IMG/VR virus record: IMGVR_UViG_3300035523_000117
Span: 11,680-75,679 of that record
DNA from: a virus
Length of the DNA: 64,000 bases
Strand: one strand, 5' to 3'
The notes under the pieces are model-generated. The model was given only the letters and a program-made list of their open reading frames with translations. It made no database searches and was not told where the DNA came from. A program made the position numbers and the translations under genes. Shown piece after piece: positions 10,106-19,591 of this stretch. Positions within the stretch are counted from its first letter, which is position 1, and every line of letters starts with the position of its first letter.

Positions 10106-10774
10106 ATGACCAAGGCCAACCACACGAACGGCGAGCTGAAGCCGGCGGCTGCGGCGCTGCGGGCGCTGACCACCTGGCTCGAGGCGAACGGGCTCAGGCG
10201 GGCGGCACTCGCTCCGGTGCTCAAGACACACCAGGTGCAGCTGCACCGGGTCTTCGCCGGCACGGGCTACCTCTCGGCCACGCAGCGGCGGGCGATCGAG
10301 GAGTTCACGGCCGGCGCGGTGACGGCAGCGATGCTCGAGGGCAAGGCGGCGCCTCCGGCCCGCATCGAGCCCAAGCCCCGGCAGGCGCCCGAGGCCGTTG
10401 TCGCCGCCCCCGCGGTGGCGGTGGCGCCTGTCGGGGCGAAGCCGCAGACGACTGAGGAGGCCGAGCGGGTCGTCGACGAGCTCGCGGCGAGGGCGATGCC
10501 AGCCGCCTTCAAGCTCGTGGTCCAGCAGATGGTCCAGGCGAAGAGCGAGTCGGAGCGACGGCGCTGCGCCGAAATCCTCATCGAGCAATTCCGGGGAAAG
10601 GCGAAGCAGTACGAGCGCCGGGACAAGTCCGAGCCACCGGCCACCGATACCGAGCTGATCGAGGTCTTCCAGCGCATCGAGGCGAACCTTGGAGGGAGCA
10701 ATGCCACTCGACCTGTCCCGCCTGTCCCCGGTGGAGCGCCTGGTGATGCAGCTGGGGGCGCGGAGCCTGCATGA
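10106..10774 (+). CDS. Putative terminase small subunit with N-terminal Cro-like HTH
   Basis: Immediately upstream of TerL; HTH-like N-terminus; helical AKSESERRRCAEILIEQFRGKAKQ segment; paralog at 63065. Confidence 0.6.
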   Translation: MTKANHTNGELKPAAAALRALTTWLEANGLRRAALAPVLKTHQVQLHRVFAGTGYLSATQRRAIEEFTAGAVTAAMLEGKAAPPARIEPKPRQAPEAVVAAPAVAVAPVGAKPQTTEEAERVVDELAARAMPAAFKLVVQQMVQAKSESERRRCAEILIEQFRGKAKQYERRDKSEPPATDTELIEVFQRIEANLGGSNATRPVPPVPGGAPGDAAGGAEPA

Positions 10775-12099
10775 CGCGCTGACGCCGAAGCAGCGCCAGG
10801 CGCTGCGGTACTGCTGGCCGCTCTGGGAGCGCCCCAGCGTTCGGTTGCCCCCGCCCGCGCTGCCGAAGAGGGAGCCCGGCTTTGGGATCTGGACAGGCCA
10901 GCAGGAGCCGCCCGGCGGCTGGCTCTACTGGATCTTCTGCGGCGGCCGCGGAGTCGGGAAGTCGCGGCGGCTCACCCAGTTCGTGCTCGACCGGGCGCGC
11001 CGCTTCCCCGGCTGCCGCATCGCGGTGGTCGCGCGCACCGCGGGCTCGCTCTGGGGCGAGGTGGTCGAGGGGCAGTCGGGACTGCTGGCCTGCGCGCCGC
11101 CCTGGTTCACGCCGAAGGTCCAGACCAACAAGCGGCGCCTCGTCTTCCCCAACGGGTCGAAGGCCATCCTCTTCACCGGCGAGGAGCCCGACAACCTGCG
11201 CGGGCCCAACAACCACTTCGGCGCCGTCGACGAGCTGGCGGCGATGCCCTACGCCGAGGAGGTCTGGCGCCAGCTGCAGATGACCATGCGCTCGGGTCTG
11301 CACCCCCAGACCATGGTCGCGACCACGCCGCGCCCGTTGAAGCTGCTCATCCGCCTGACCCAGGACGAGCGCTCGGCGGTGACGATCGGCGCGAGCCACG
11401 AGAACCGGGCGAACGTCGCGCAGAGCTGGCTCGACGAGAACCTCAAGGTCTACGAGGGCACGGCGTTCGGGCGGCAGGAGATCGGCGGCGAGATCCTCGA
11501 GGAGATGCCGGGCGCGCTCTTCAAGCGCGAGTGGTTCGAGCGCTCGTGGTGCCCGGACGCGCAGCGGGACTCGCCGTACCGCCGCATTGGCATCGGGGTC
11601 GACCCGGCGGAGACCAGCGGGGAGAAGGCCGACAATTGGGGGATCATCGCGGCGGGTCTGCGCGAGGACGGGATCATCGAGGTCCTCGAGGACGCCACCG
11701 TGAACGCCACGCCGGACGTCGCGGCGAAGGCGGCGGTCGCCCTCGTACTTTAAGCACGGTGCCAGCTTCATGGTCGCCGACGTCGGCCGCAGCGGGCAGA
11801 TGGTCGACTCGATGATGAGGCTTGTCGACCCGCGCGTGCGCGTCCTCAGGAAGGGTGGCAACAAGGGCAAGCGCGCGTGGGCGGAGAGCGTCGCAGTCCT
11901 CTTCAGCAAGCACCTGGTCTTCAACGCGCCCGGCCTCGGGAAGCTCGAGGACGAGTGCTGCCAGTGGACCGACGACGTGAAGAGCTGGAGCCCCGACCGC
12001 ATGGACGCGCTCGCGTACGTGATCAGCGAGCTCGCGTTCAAGTCGCCTCTCGCCCAGGCCGGGCTGAACCGCGACCCCGTTGCCCCGAGGAGGATGTGA
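10701..12099 (+). CDS. terL: Terminase large subunit; +1 frameshift near 11746
   Basis: GGRGVGKS, LRGP, DELA, TTP, IGVDPA, DRMDA; ctcgtac read as ctctac rejoins the C-terminal ORF 11770-12099. Confidence 0.9.
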
Positions 12100-12410
12100 T
12101 GAACGCCCTGAAGCCTTACGCCAAGCCGGCGGTCCGGTCGGTGTCGAGGCAGGAGTTCTGCGCCCACTGCATCGACGCGGTCCCGGTCGGGGTGTTCCGG
12201 GTCGAGGGTCGGGATTTCGCGCTCTGCCGCGGCTGCGCCACGTTCCTCAAGGCCCGGAAGGACCTGCCGCCGATCGCGCCGAGCGCGATGAGCATGAGCC
12301 TCATCAACACCGCCACGCACCTCCCCAGCCTCGACGAGCTGGACCGCTGGACGAAGTTCACCACGCCGATGGTGCGGTCGTGGCGCTGCAAGCAGCACTA
12401 CGGGGACTGA
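12099..12410 (+). CDS. Small zinc-finger hypothetical protein
   Basis: CxxC...CxxC; start overlaps TerL stop (TGATG); GAGGAGG upstream. Confidence 0.55.
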   Translation: MNALKPYAKPAVRSVSRQEFCAHCIDAVPVGVFRVEGRDFALCRGCATFLKARKDLPPIAPSAMSMSLINTATHLPSLDELDRWTKFTTPMVRSWRCKQHYGD

Positions 12411-12434
12411 CCCATCGCCGCGAGGGGGCTCGCC

Positions 12435-12662
12435 ATGACGCCGAGAGAGTTCGATAGCGCGCTGACGCTGACCGTTGGCCAACTCGCCCGGCTGGCCGGC
12501 ATCGCGAACAACAGGACCATGGTCCGACTGCTGCGCGCGGGCGGCATCCAGGTCCTGCGCGCTGGGCGACGTCACGTTGTCGAGCGGCTGGCGCTGAGGG
12601 CGGCCATGCCCAGCTTCTATGAGGCTCTGACGACCAAGCTCGCGAGCGACGGAGACCCTTGA
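12435..12662 (+). CDS. Excisionase/MerR-like HTH DNA-binding protein
   Basis: LTVGQLARLAGI...LLRAGGIQ....GRRHVV pattern; GAGGGGG RBS. Confidence 0.65.
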   Translation: MTPREFDSALTLTVGQLARLAGIANNRTMVRLLRAGGIQVLRAGRRHVVERLALRAAMPSFYEALTTKLASDGDP

Positions 12663-12710
12663 TTGGTCGCGAGTGGTCGCCACTGGTCGTGGTTGGTCGC
12701 GATTGGTCGG
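12661..12710. repeat. Five tandem 10-bp units NNNTGGTCGN
   Basis: gattggtcgc gagtggtcgc cactggtcgt ggttggtcgc gattggtcgg. Confidence 0.85.
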
Positions 12711-12797
12711 CGCGACAGCCTCGTTTGAGAAGACCGAGCGACGGGCCGCGCCGCGGCCCGGCCGAGGCTGCCTCGAACCCCTGGCGGAGACGACCCG

Positions 12798-13271
12798 ATG
12801 CGAACCCGCTTCCTGAGCCCGACGCTGGCGCTGTTCGTGATTCTGAACGCTTGCCAGCCCTACGCCCCCTCGGTGCCTGGCCAGGAGGTGTACGACACCG
12901 CGCAACTGGGGCACGGCCCCTGCGCCCACGTGGTGGTCGCGGCGGTCATCGAGGCCGTGCATCAGGCGGCGCCCGAGCTGTCGAGCATCTCCGTCCTTCG
13001 CTCGGACAACGTCGCGGGGGCCTCGGGCGACGTCGTGGTCTTCGCCCGGGACGATGGAGGCTTCGATCTGGCCTTCGAGTACCGGGCCGCCTGCGACTCC
13101 GGTCGATGCCTCACCGAGCAGTACTGGTACTTCGGGACCGACCAGTTCTGCCTCCCGCTGCAGCTTGGCACCTACCTGCGATACCAGACGAAGAGCTGCT
13201 GGGACGCGGCTGGGATTCCTCTCTGGGGAGTGCCGGCTCGCCTGCCGGAAGGCGAGAGCTGCGGCGGGTAG
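12798..13271 (+). CDS. Putative lipoprotein moron
   Basis: Hydrophobic N-terminus with ILNA-C lipobox; several Cys; between TerL and portal. Confidence 0.65.
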   Translation: MRTRFLSPTLALFVILNACQPYAPSVPGQEVYDTAQLGHGPCAHVVVAAVIEAVHQAAPELSSISVLRSDNVAGASGDVVVFARDDGGFDLAFEYRAACDSGRCLTEQYWYFGTDQFCLPLQLGTYLRYQTKSCWDAAGIPLWGVPARLPEGESCGG

Positions 13272-13283
13272 TGCGAGACACCG

Positions 13284-14653
13284 ATGCCATCGGCGACCCC
13301 TCAAGCGCTCCCCGGCGAGCACGACTACCTCTGGGAGCGTGCCAAGCTCGGCGCCGCGCCGTCGCGGGTCCACTACCGCGACATCCCGATCGCGTCGGCG
13401 CAGTCGTTCGACGAGGTCGGGACGGTGCGGCAGGCGCTTCCTGGACCTCGAGCGCGGGCAGTTCCTCACGTCCGCGCAGCTGTGCGACGCGTTCGGCGGG
13501 GACGACCGCATCACAGGCGTCCTCCAGACACGGGTCGACGCGCTCTGCAGCCTGCCGCTCGAGCTGAGCGGGCGGACCACGAAGCGGAAGGCGACGAAGC
13601 TCGCGGCGCGAGCACAGGACGAATGGGGGGGCTGGTTCCCTGATGCCGAGGTGAAGCGGCTGCTGCGCTGGGGTCTGCTGCTGCGCCTCGGCATCGGGGA
13701 GTTGCTGTGGGACACGACGGAGCCGGGCTACTGGGCACCGCGTCTCAAGGTCTGGGACCCGCGGTACGCCTACTGGCGCTGGGACACCAGGAGCTTCTGG
13801 CTCACCACCCTCGATGGGCCGGTGGAGATCACGCCCGGGGATGGGCACTGGCTCCTGTACGCGCCGGACGGCTACGCCCGCGGCTGGATGAGCGGGTTGG
13901 TTCGGTCCCTCGCGCTGCTGTTCCTGATCAGGAAGTGGGCCACGCGGGATTGGGCGCGCTACTCGGAGGTCCACGGGCTGCCCATCAAGAAGGCGGTGGT
14001 GCCAGGCGGACGCGAAGGCCGAGGACAAAGAGGCCTTCGAGGACGACCTTCGGACGCTCGGCGGCGAGGGCATCATCCGGGTGGCCAAGGACGAGCAGGG
14101 CCTCGGGTTCGATATCGCGCTGGTGGAGGCGGCGAGCCAGAGCTGGCAGGGGTTCGAGCGGCTCATCGCGAAGTGCGACGAGTGCATCGCCATCGACGTG
14201 CTCGGCCAGAACCTGACCACCTCCGTCGGCGGCGGTGGCTCGTACGCGGCCGCCAACGTCCACGACCGCATCCGGCTCGATCGGTTGGAGTCGGACGCGA
14301 AGAGCCTCGGCGACTGCCTGGCCGAGCAGGTGATGGTCCCGTGGGCGGTCTACAACTGGGCCGACGAGCAGTTGGCGCCCCGGGTGAGCTGGAGCACGAA
14401 GGCGCCCGGTGAGAGGGGCGTGTCGGCCAAGACTCTCAACGACCTGGGCGACGCTCTCACGAAGCTGCGCAGCGCCGGGCTGAACGTCGATCTGGTGGAG
14501 GTCGCGAAGCAGTTCCGCATCCCGGTGGTCGAGGGCCAGCCGGTAATCGAGCCCAAACCCAGCGCTCCGAATCCCAGGGAGCAGGCGCCACCCAAGCAAC
14601 CGCCCTCGGAGGAGCCTCCGGAGAGCGACGACACGGAGCAAGCCGATGCCTGA
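13284..14653 (+). CDS. DUF935 (Mu gp29-like) portal protein; +1 frameshifts near 13440 and 14004
   Basis: D..I.G.LQTR..A, W..Y.E.HGLP, I...VLGQNLTT...GGSYAAANVH motifs across three frames. Confidence 0.85.
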
Positions 14654-15890
14654 GAAGACCCCCAGGGCCCCGCGCATCTTCGCCCGCGTGGAGGAGAGGA
14701 ACGGCCAGAAGCGAGGTGCACTCCACCTCTATGACGCGGTGGGCGGCTGGGACGGCATCCGCGCCAAGCACGTCGTCGAGAAGCTCGAGGCCCTCAAGGT
14801 CGAGGGCGCCGAGCACCTGGACGTCCACATCAACTCGCCGGGGGGCGACGTGTTCGAGGGGATGGCCATCCACACGGCGATCGCCTCCTGGCCCAACGGC
14901 GAGAAGCGCGTCCACGTCGACGGGCTGGCCGCGAGCATCGCCTCGATCGTCGCCATGGCCGGCGACGAGATCGAGATCAGCCCGACTGCGATGGTCATGG
15001 TCCACGAGCCCAAGGGCTTCGCCATGGGCGCCGCCGCCGACCTCCGCAAGATGGCCGGTCGGCTCGACTCCATCCGCGACGTCATTTGCGACGTCTACGC
15101 CGCTCGGACCGGGCTCGCGAAGGCAGAGGTCGAGAAGCTCGTCGCCGCGGAGACGTGGATGTCGGCGAGCGACGCGGTAGCGAAGGGCTTCGCGGACAAG
15201 GTCGCCGAGCGCGAGGACGGCGACGAGCCCGACGAGGACGACGACGAGGAGCGGGAGGAGGACGCGCTCGCCCGTGCGGTGGCCCTCTTCGAGCACGCCC
15301 CGCCCGACGTCGCCCGCCTGCTCGCGCTGCCGATCCCACGCGCCTCCGCCCGGAGGCCCAACCCGAAGGAGCCGCAGATGCCCGAGCCGATCGCTGTCGA
15401 CACCAAGGCCTTCGAGGCCCGCTTCGCCGCCCTGACGGAGCGTGCCGAAGCTGCCGAGAAGGTCCACGGCGAGCTGCTCGCCATCACCGGGAAGGCCACG
15501 GCGGGCGAGGCCCTGGCGCTGGTCGCCGGGCTGAAGGAGAAGGCGGCAAAGGCCGACGAGCTCGCCGGCCAGCTCGCGAAGTTCGAGGCGGAGAAGCGCG
15601 CGGGCCAGGTCGCGGCACTGCTCGACGCCGCGTCGCGCGAGGGGCGCCTCACCCCGGCGAAGCGCGAGGAGCTGATGAAGGCCGACGCCCCGGCGTTCGC
15701 TCGCGACCCGGGGCAGCTCAAGGTCTTCCTCGACTGCCTCCAGCCGGTGGTCGTGCCCGCGGCGGCGCCGAAGCACGAGGAGCCGAAGAGCGCTCCGGAG
15801 GCCTCGCTCACCGAGGACGAGAAGCACTTCGCCGAGCAGCTCAAGCTCGACCCCGCCAAGGTCGCCGCCTTCAAGAACAAGAAGCAGTAG
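14646..15890 (+). CDS. ClpP-type head maturation protease fused to scaffolding domain
   Basis: INSPGGDVFEG, GLAASIAS, MVHEP, ETWM; coiled-coil C-terminus. Confidence 0.9.
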   Translation: MPEKTPRAPRIFARVEERNGQKRGALHLYDAVGGWDGIRAKHVVEKLEALKVEGAEHLDVHINSPGGDVFEGMAIHTAIASWPNGEKRVHVDGLAASIASIVAMAGDEIEISPTAMVMVHEPKGFAMGAAADLRKMAGRLDSIRDVICDVYAARTGLAKAEVEKLVAAETWMSASDAVAKGFADKVAEREDGDEPDEDDDEEREEDALARAVALFEHAPPDVARLLALPIPRASARRPNPKEPQMPEPIAVDTKAFEARFAALTERAEAAEKVHGELLAITGKATAGEALALVAGLKEKAAKADELAGQLAKFEAEKRAGQVAALLDAASREGRLTPAKREELMKADAPAFARDPGQLKVFLDCLQPVVVPAAAPKHEEPKSAPEASLTEDEKHFAEQLKLDPAKVAAFKNKKQ

Positions 15891-15952
15891 CGAGCGCCCA
15901 CCCCTCACCGACCTCGGGCGCTGCGCGAGCGGCGGCCCACGCAGGAGAAGCC

Positions 15953-16390
15953 ATGACCGCTCTCTCGAGCTACCGCGACACCAAGCGGATGGGCGACGAC
16001 GTCATCCCCACCGTCTTCGACCTGCTGGTCGCGGACAACGTCCACCTCTTCAAGGGCGCGATCGTCGGCCTGGCCGGCGGCTACGCCGCGCCGGCGGGGG
16101 CCACCTGCTCCAAGGTCGTCGGCATCAGCCGAGTCCGAGGTGGACAACACGCAGCCCGGCCACGCGGTCGGGGCGAAGCGCGTTCCGGGTGCGCCAGGGC
16201 ACGTTCAAGGTCGCCAACAGCGCCGCCGCGGACGCGCTGGCGATCGCCGACGTCGGGAACCTCTGCTACGCGGCGGACGACCAGACCGTCGCCAAGACCG
16301 CGGGGGCCAACCTGCCCGGTCGCGGGCACGGTCCTCGGCGTCGACCCGGACGGCGTGTGGGTCCAGATGAACCTCGACGGCCGCAGCTGA
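15953..16390 (+). CDS. Capsid cement/decoration protein of Mu-like heads; three compensating +1 insertions
   Basis: Reconstructed VDNT...GAKRVRVRQGTFKVANS...ADVGNLCYAADDQTVAKT...VAGTVLGVDPDGVWV. Confidence 0.7.
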   Translation: MTALSSYRDTKRMGDDVIPTVFDLLVADNVHLFKGAIVGLAGGYAAPAGATCSKVVGISRVRGGQHAARPRGRGEARSGCARARSRSPTAPPRTRWRSPTSGTSATRRTTRPSPRPRGPTCPVAGTVLGVDPDGVWVQMNLDGRS

Positions 16391-16447
16391 TCCCTCCTCG
16401 CAGCCTCACCACAAGCCGCGCCCGCGTGAGGGCGCACGGAGCCACGC

Positions 16448-17391
16448 ATGGGCGCACTCACCCCCGCGAAGTACGAGGCCGCGACGCTGACCTTCTCGAT
16501 GCTGTTCCGAGAGGTCCTGCGCGACACGCCGACCTACTACCAGCAGATCGCGACCGAGATTCCGAGCACCACCCGCGAGATGCGGCACGCCTGGCTGGAC
16601 CGCATCCCGCAGATGCGCGAGTGGCTGGGCGAACGGGTGGTCAACAACCTCGCCGTCCGGCTGCAGAGCATCGAGAACCGGCTCTTCGAGGACACGGTCG
16701 GGGTGAAGCGCACCGACATCGAGGACGACCTCATCGGCGCGTATCGCCCGGTGATCGAGGAGCTGGCGCAGCAGACCAAAGGCCTGGCCGGACAAGCTGA
16801 TCATCGACGCAATGATCGCGGGGACGAGCGCCCTGTCCTACGACGGCCAGCACTTCTTCGACTCGAACCACCCGCAGAACATGGACGACCCGGCGAGCGC
16901 GCTGCAGTCGAACCTGCTCGCGGACCACGACCTCGATGTCGACGCGCTCGCGGACGCCATCCAGGTGATTGATGAGCTTCATCGGCGCGGACGGCCGGCC
17001 GCTGGAAATCATCCCGGACCTGCTCGTCGTGCCCCCGCAGATGAAGTTCCGCGCTGCGCGGCTGCTGCAGGCGGAGCTCATCGGCCGGGACATCGCCCTG
17101 GCGGCCGGGAACGGCGCCGCCGCCGACACCAACGTCCTCAAGGGGTCTCTCGACCTGCTGGTGCTCCCGCGCCTCGCCAGCGAGCCGAAGAGCTACTACG
17201 TCCTCTGCACCAAGCGGGCGATCAAGCCGTTCATCTTCCAGAACCGCGAGGCGCCGGAGTTCACGGCGCTCACCAAGCCCGACGACGAGAACGTCTTCCG
17301 GCGCGACGAGTTCCTCTACGGCGTCCGGGCCCGCGGCGCGGCCGGGTACGGACCGTGGTTCCTCGCCATCAAGTGCGTCAGCAACACGTAG
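16448..17391 (+). CDS. Mu-like major capsid protein (gpT family); +1 frameshifts near 16780 and 16968
   Basis: WL..IPQMREWLGER, FE.TVGVKRTDIEDD.IG, YDGQ.FFD..HP, KPFIFQ.R, FLYGVRAR..AGYG.W. Confidence 0.9.
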
Positions 17392-17408
17392 GCCAGGGAG
17401 GCAGAGCC

Positions 17409-17672
17409 ATGATCGTGACGGTCGTTTCGAAGGCGGAGCACGGGCACCGACGCGCTGGCCGGTTCTGGCCCACCACCCCGGTCACCGCGGATGTGTCGGA
17501 GGCGCAGCTCGCGGAGCTCCGGGCCGACAAGCGGCTCGCGGTGCTCGACGGCTCGGCGCCGGCGGCGGAGGCGGTGGTCGAGAAGCTCAGCGCCGAGAAG
17601 GCGGCGGAGAAGGCCGAAGCCGAGCGGCAGGCCGCCGAGCGCACGCCCGAGAAGCGGCGCGGGAGCCGGTAG
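17409..17672 (+). CDS. HI1506/Mu gp35-like protein
   Basis: G.RRAG..W and QL..L.AD..L.V motifs; directly follows capsid gene. Confidence 0.65.
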   Translation: MIVTVVSKAEHGHRRAGRFWPTTPVTADVSEAQLAELRADKRLAVLDGSAPAAEAVVEKLSAEKAAEKAEAERQAAERTPEKRRGSR

Positions 17673-17675
17673 CCG

Positions 17676-18074
17676 ATGGGCTACGCCACGGCGGCGGACT
17701 TCGACCGCTTCGGCATCCGCCCCGAGGCGCTTCCGGCGAGCATCAAGCCGGGGGACAAGGAGGCGGCGATCAGCGCCGCGTCCGGCCGGGCTGACAGCTA
17801 CCTCGGCGCACGCTTTCGCCTCCCCATCTCCGCTTGGGGTGACGACCTGCGCCAGGTGGTCTGCGCGGTCGCCGCGTTCGAGTTGGTCGCCGGCCAGGTC
17901 GGGTTCAACCCCGAGGCGGGCCACAACATGGTGCTGGTGACCCGCAAGGAGGACGCGGTGCGCTGGCTCGAGCAGGTGTCGCGCGGGCACGTGACCCCAG
18001 CAGGGATCACCGAGACGCCGCCTCCGACGTCCTCGATCTCGCGGGTGAAGAGCAACAAGCAGCGGGGTTGGTGA
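17676..18074 (+). CDS. DUF1320 (Mu gp36-like) head-tail adaptor
   Basis: YAT.AD, AS..ADSYL..R..LP, DA..WLE.V..G motifs. Confidence 0.8.
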   Translation: MGYATAADFDRFGIRPEALPASIKPGDKEAAISAASGRADSYLGARFRLPISAWGDDLRQVVCAVAAFELVAGQVGFNPEAGHNMVLVTRKEDAVRWLEQVSRGHVTPAGITETPPPTSSISRVKSNKQRGW

Positions 18075-18580
18075 TGCCAGTGAGCGGGCCGTTCAGCGAG
18101 CTCGGCCGAACGATCGAGTTGCTGAGGCGGGTTGCGGCTGGGGAGACGGTGCAGTCCTTCGGCGAGGCGCTGCGGCTGCGAGCGCTTGAGTTGGCTGCCC
18201 AGGGCTGGGACGCCAAGGAGTCCCCGCGTGGGGTGCCCTGGCGCCCAGCCAAGGGCGGGCTCGCGGGCGACCTGTCGCTGTCCGGCCGGCTGCGTGCCGC
18301 GCTGCGCGTCGAGGCGCGCCCCCGCGGGTTCGCTATCACCGACCGGGCCCAGGCCGCGAGCGGCCAGTACTACGGTGGCACGCACCAGTACGGGAGGACG
18401 ATGCGCGCCAAGGGCTTGAAGCCCATGCGGTGGCGCACGCCTGACGGACGTTGGCACTCGGCCTGGAAGGTCCGCGTGCCGGCGCGGCCCATCCTCCCGC
18501 GGTCGGGCGAACTGCCGGAGCGATGGGCCGAGGCGTTCGAGGCGGTGCTGTCTACTCTCGAAAGACGAGATCGCCCTTGA
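18068..18580 (+). CDS. Phage virion morphogenesis protein (Mu gpG/P2 gpS-like)
   Basis: P.G.PW.P, L..SGRL, Y...HQYG, VPARP.L motifs. Confidence 0.75.
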   Translation: MVMPVSGPFSELGRTIELLRRVAAGETVQSFGEALRLRALELAAQGWDAKESPRGVPWRPAKGGLAGDLSLSGRLRAALRVEARPRGFAITDRAQAASGQYYGGTHQYGRTMRAKGLKPMRWRTPDGRWHSAWKVRVPARPILPRSGELPERWAEAFEAVLSTLERRDRP

Positions 18581-18914
18581 TGAAGTTGCAGGAGTTCTTG
18601 GAGCAGAGAAAGACAGTGTCCTTGCAGGCCGAATCAACCGTCATCGACGCCACTTTGCCGTCTCCGAGCTTGGCTTCCACCACGCAAGCTCTTGGAAGGC
18701 AGCCCAACCGCTGAAGAGAGAAGCGGCCCTGCGCATCGCTGCTCGCAGGATCGAAAGGGAACCGCTCCGGGCAGCGGATCGAGATTGCCGCGGCAGGCAC
18801 CGGGCTCCCGCCTGCGGTGCGAACGGTTCCCTCGATCGAGATTCCTGGGTCGCAGCCACTGATGGCAGCGGTCAACAGCGTCAGACCGAGCAGTCCAATT
18901 AGGGGAAGTCTCAC
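18552..18914 (-). CDS. Putative Cys-rich lipoprotein moron on the opposite strand
   Basis: GTG start, signal peptide with ISG-C lipobox, lower GC, fills the gap between virion genes. Confidence 0.55.
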   Translation of the reverse strand: MRLPLIGLLGLTLLTAAISGCDPGISIEGTVRTAGGSPVPAAAISIRCPERFPFDPASSDAQGRFSLQRLGCLPRACVVEAKLGDGKVASMTVDSACKDTVFLCSKNSCNFIKGDLVFRE

Positions 18915-18956
18915 GGGCCAAGTCGAACGCGGCGCCCGAGACTCGTCAAGACATCC

Positions 18957-19418
18957 ATGGCGCTCGACACACTCATTCACGATGTCGTAAGCGCGTTCAA
19001 CGACGCTCGCCCGGCCATCATCCCGTCGTTCATCGGCGAGAAGCACATCGCCCAACACGACACTCCCCCGCGCCTTGTCTGGGTCCCGTTCGCCGACACC
19101 TTCGGGCCGCCCGTGCAGGTGGGGGCGAACCCGAAGTCCTACGCCACGCGGGTGGCCGGCGTGGACTGCGCCGTCTGGGGTGAGGACCTCGCGAAGACCG
19201 AGGAGATGGTCAACGACCTCATCGTCGCGCTGCATCGCGAGTGTGTGTCGCGCGGCAACTACGAGCTGCGAGGTGGCGAGTGGATCACCGCGGGCGAGCT
19301 GACCAACAACGGGATCGTCTACCTGCTGCACCTCGCGATCGACGTCCCGATCGTCGGGAAGCCAGCGATCCCGGTCCGGCCGAAGACCGAAGCGTCGGAC
19401 TACCACCTGACCCCGTGA
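18957..19418 (+). CDS. Putative tail terminator/completion protein
   Basis: Size and position before the sheath gene; P..VWVP motif. Confidence 0.55.
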   Translation: MALDTLIHDVVSAFNDARPAIIPSFIGEKHIAQHDTPPRLVWVPFADTFGPPVQVGANPKSYATRVAGVDCAVWGEDLAKTEEMVNDLIVALHRECVSRGNYELRGGEWITAGELTNNGIVYLLHLAIDVPIVGKPAIPVRPKTEASDYHLTP

Positions 19419-19426
19419 GGCCCGCG

Positions 19427-19588
19427 ATGCCCAAGCAGCCGATCGAGAAGTGGGCCGAGCAGAAGCAGCTGCCGGCCTGGAAGTTCGCTGCGGCGAAGGC
19501 TCATGAGAGCTGGCCGCAGGGCTTCGAGGTCACCGAGGAGGAGTTCGACCAGGCCGTGAAGTCCGCGTGCGGCATCGCCCTGAGGTAG
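19427..19588 (+). CDS. Small conserved protein preceding the tail sheath
   Basis: 53 aa with W..G.EVTEEEFDQAV motif; 3 nt before the sheath start. Confidence 0.55.
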   Translation: MPKQPIEKWAEQKQLPAWKFAAAKAHESWPQGFEVTEEEFDQAVKSACGIALR

Positions 19589-19591
19589 CCC

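Noticed and set aside
12661-12710. CRISPR array (also considered for 53305-53419 and 54667-55040)
   Set aside because: Units are too short or too long, imperfect, and lack regular unique spacers.
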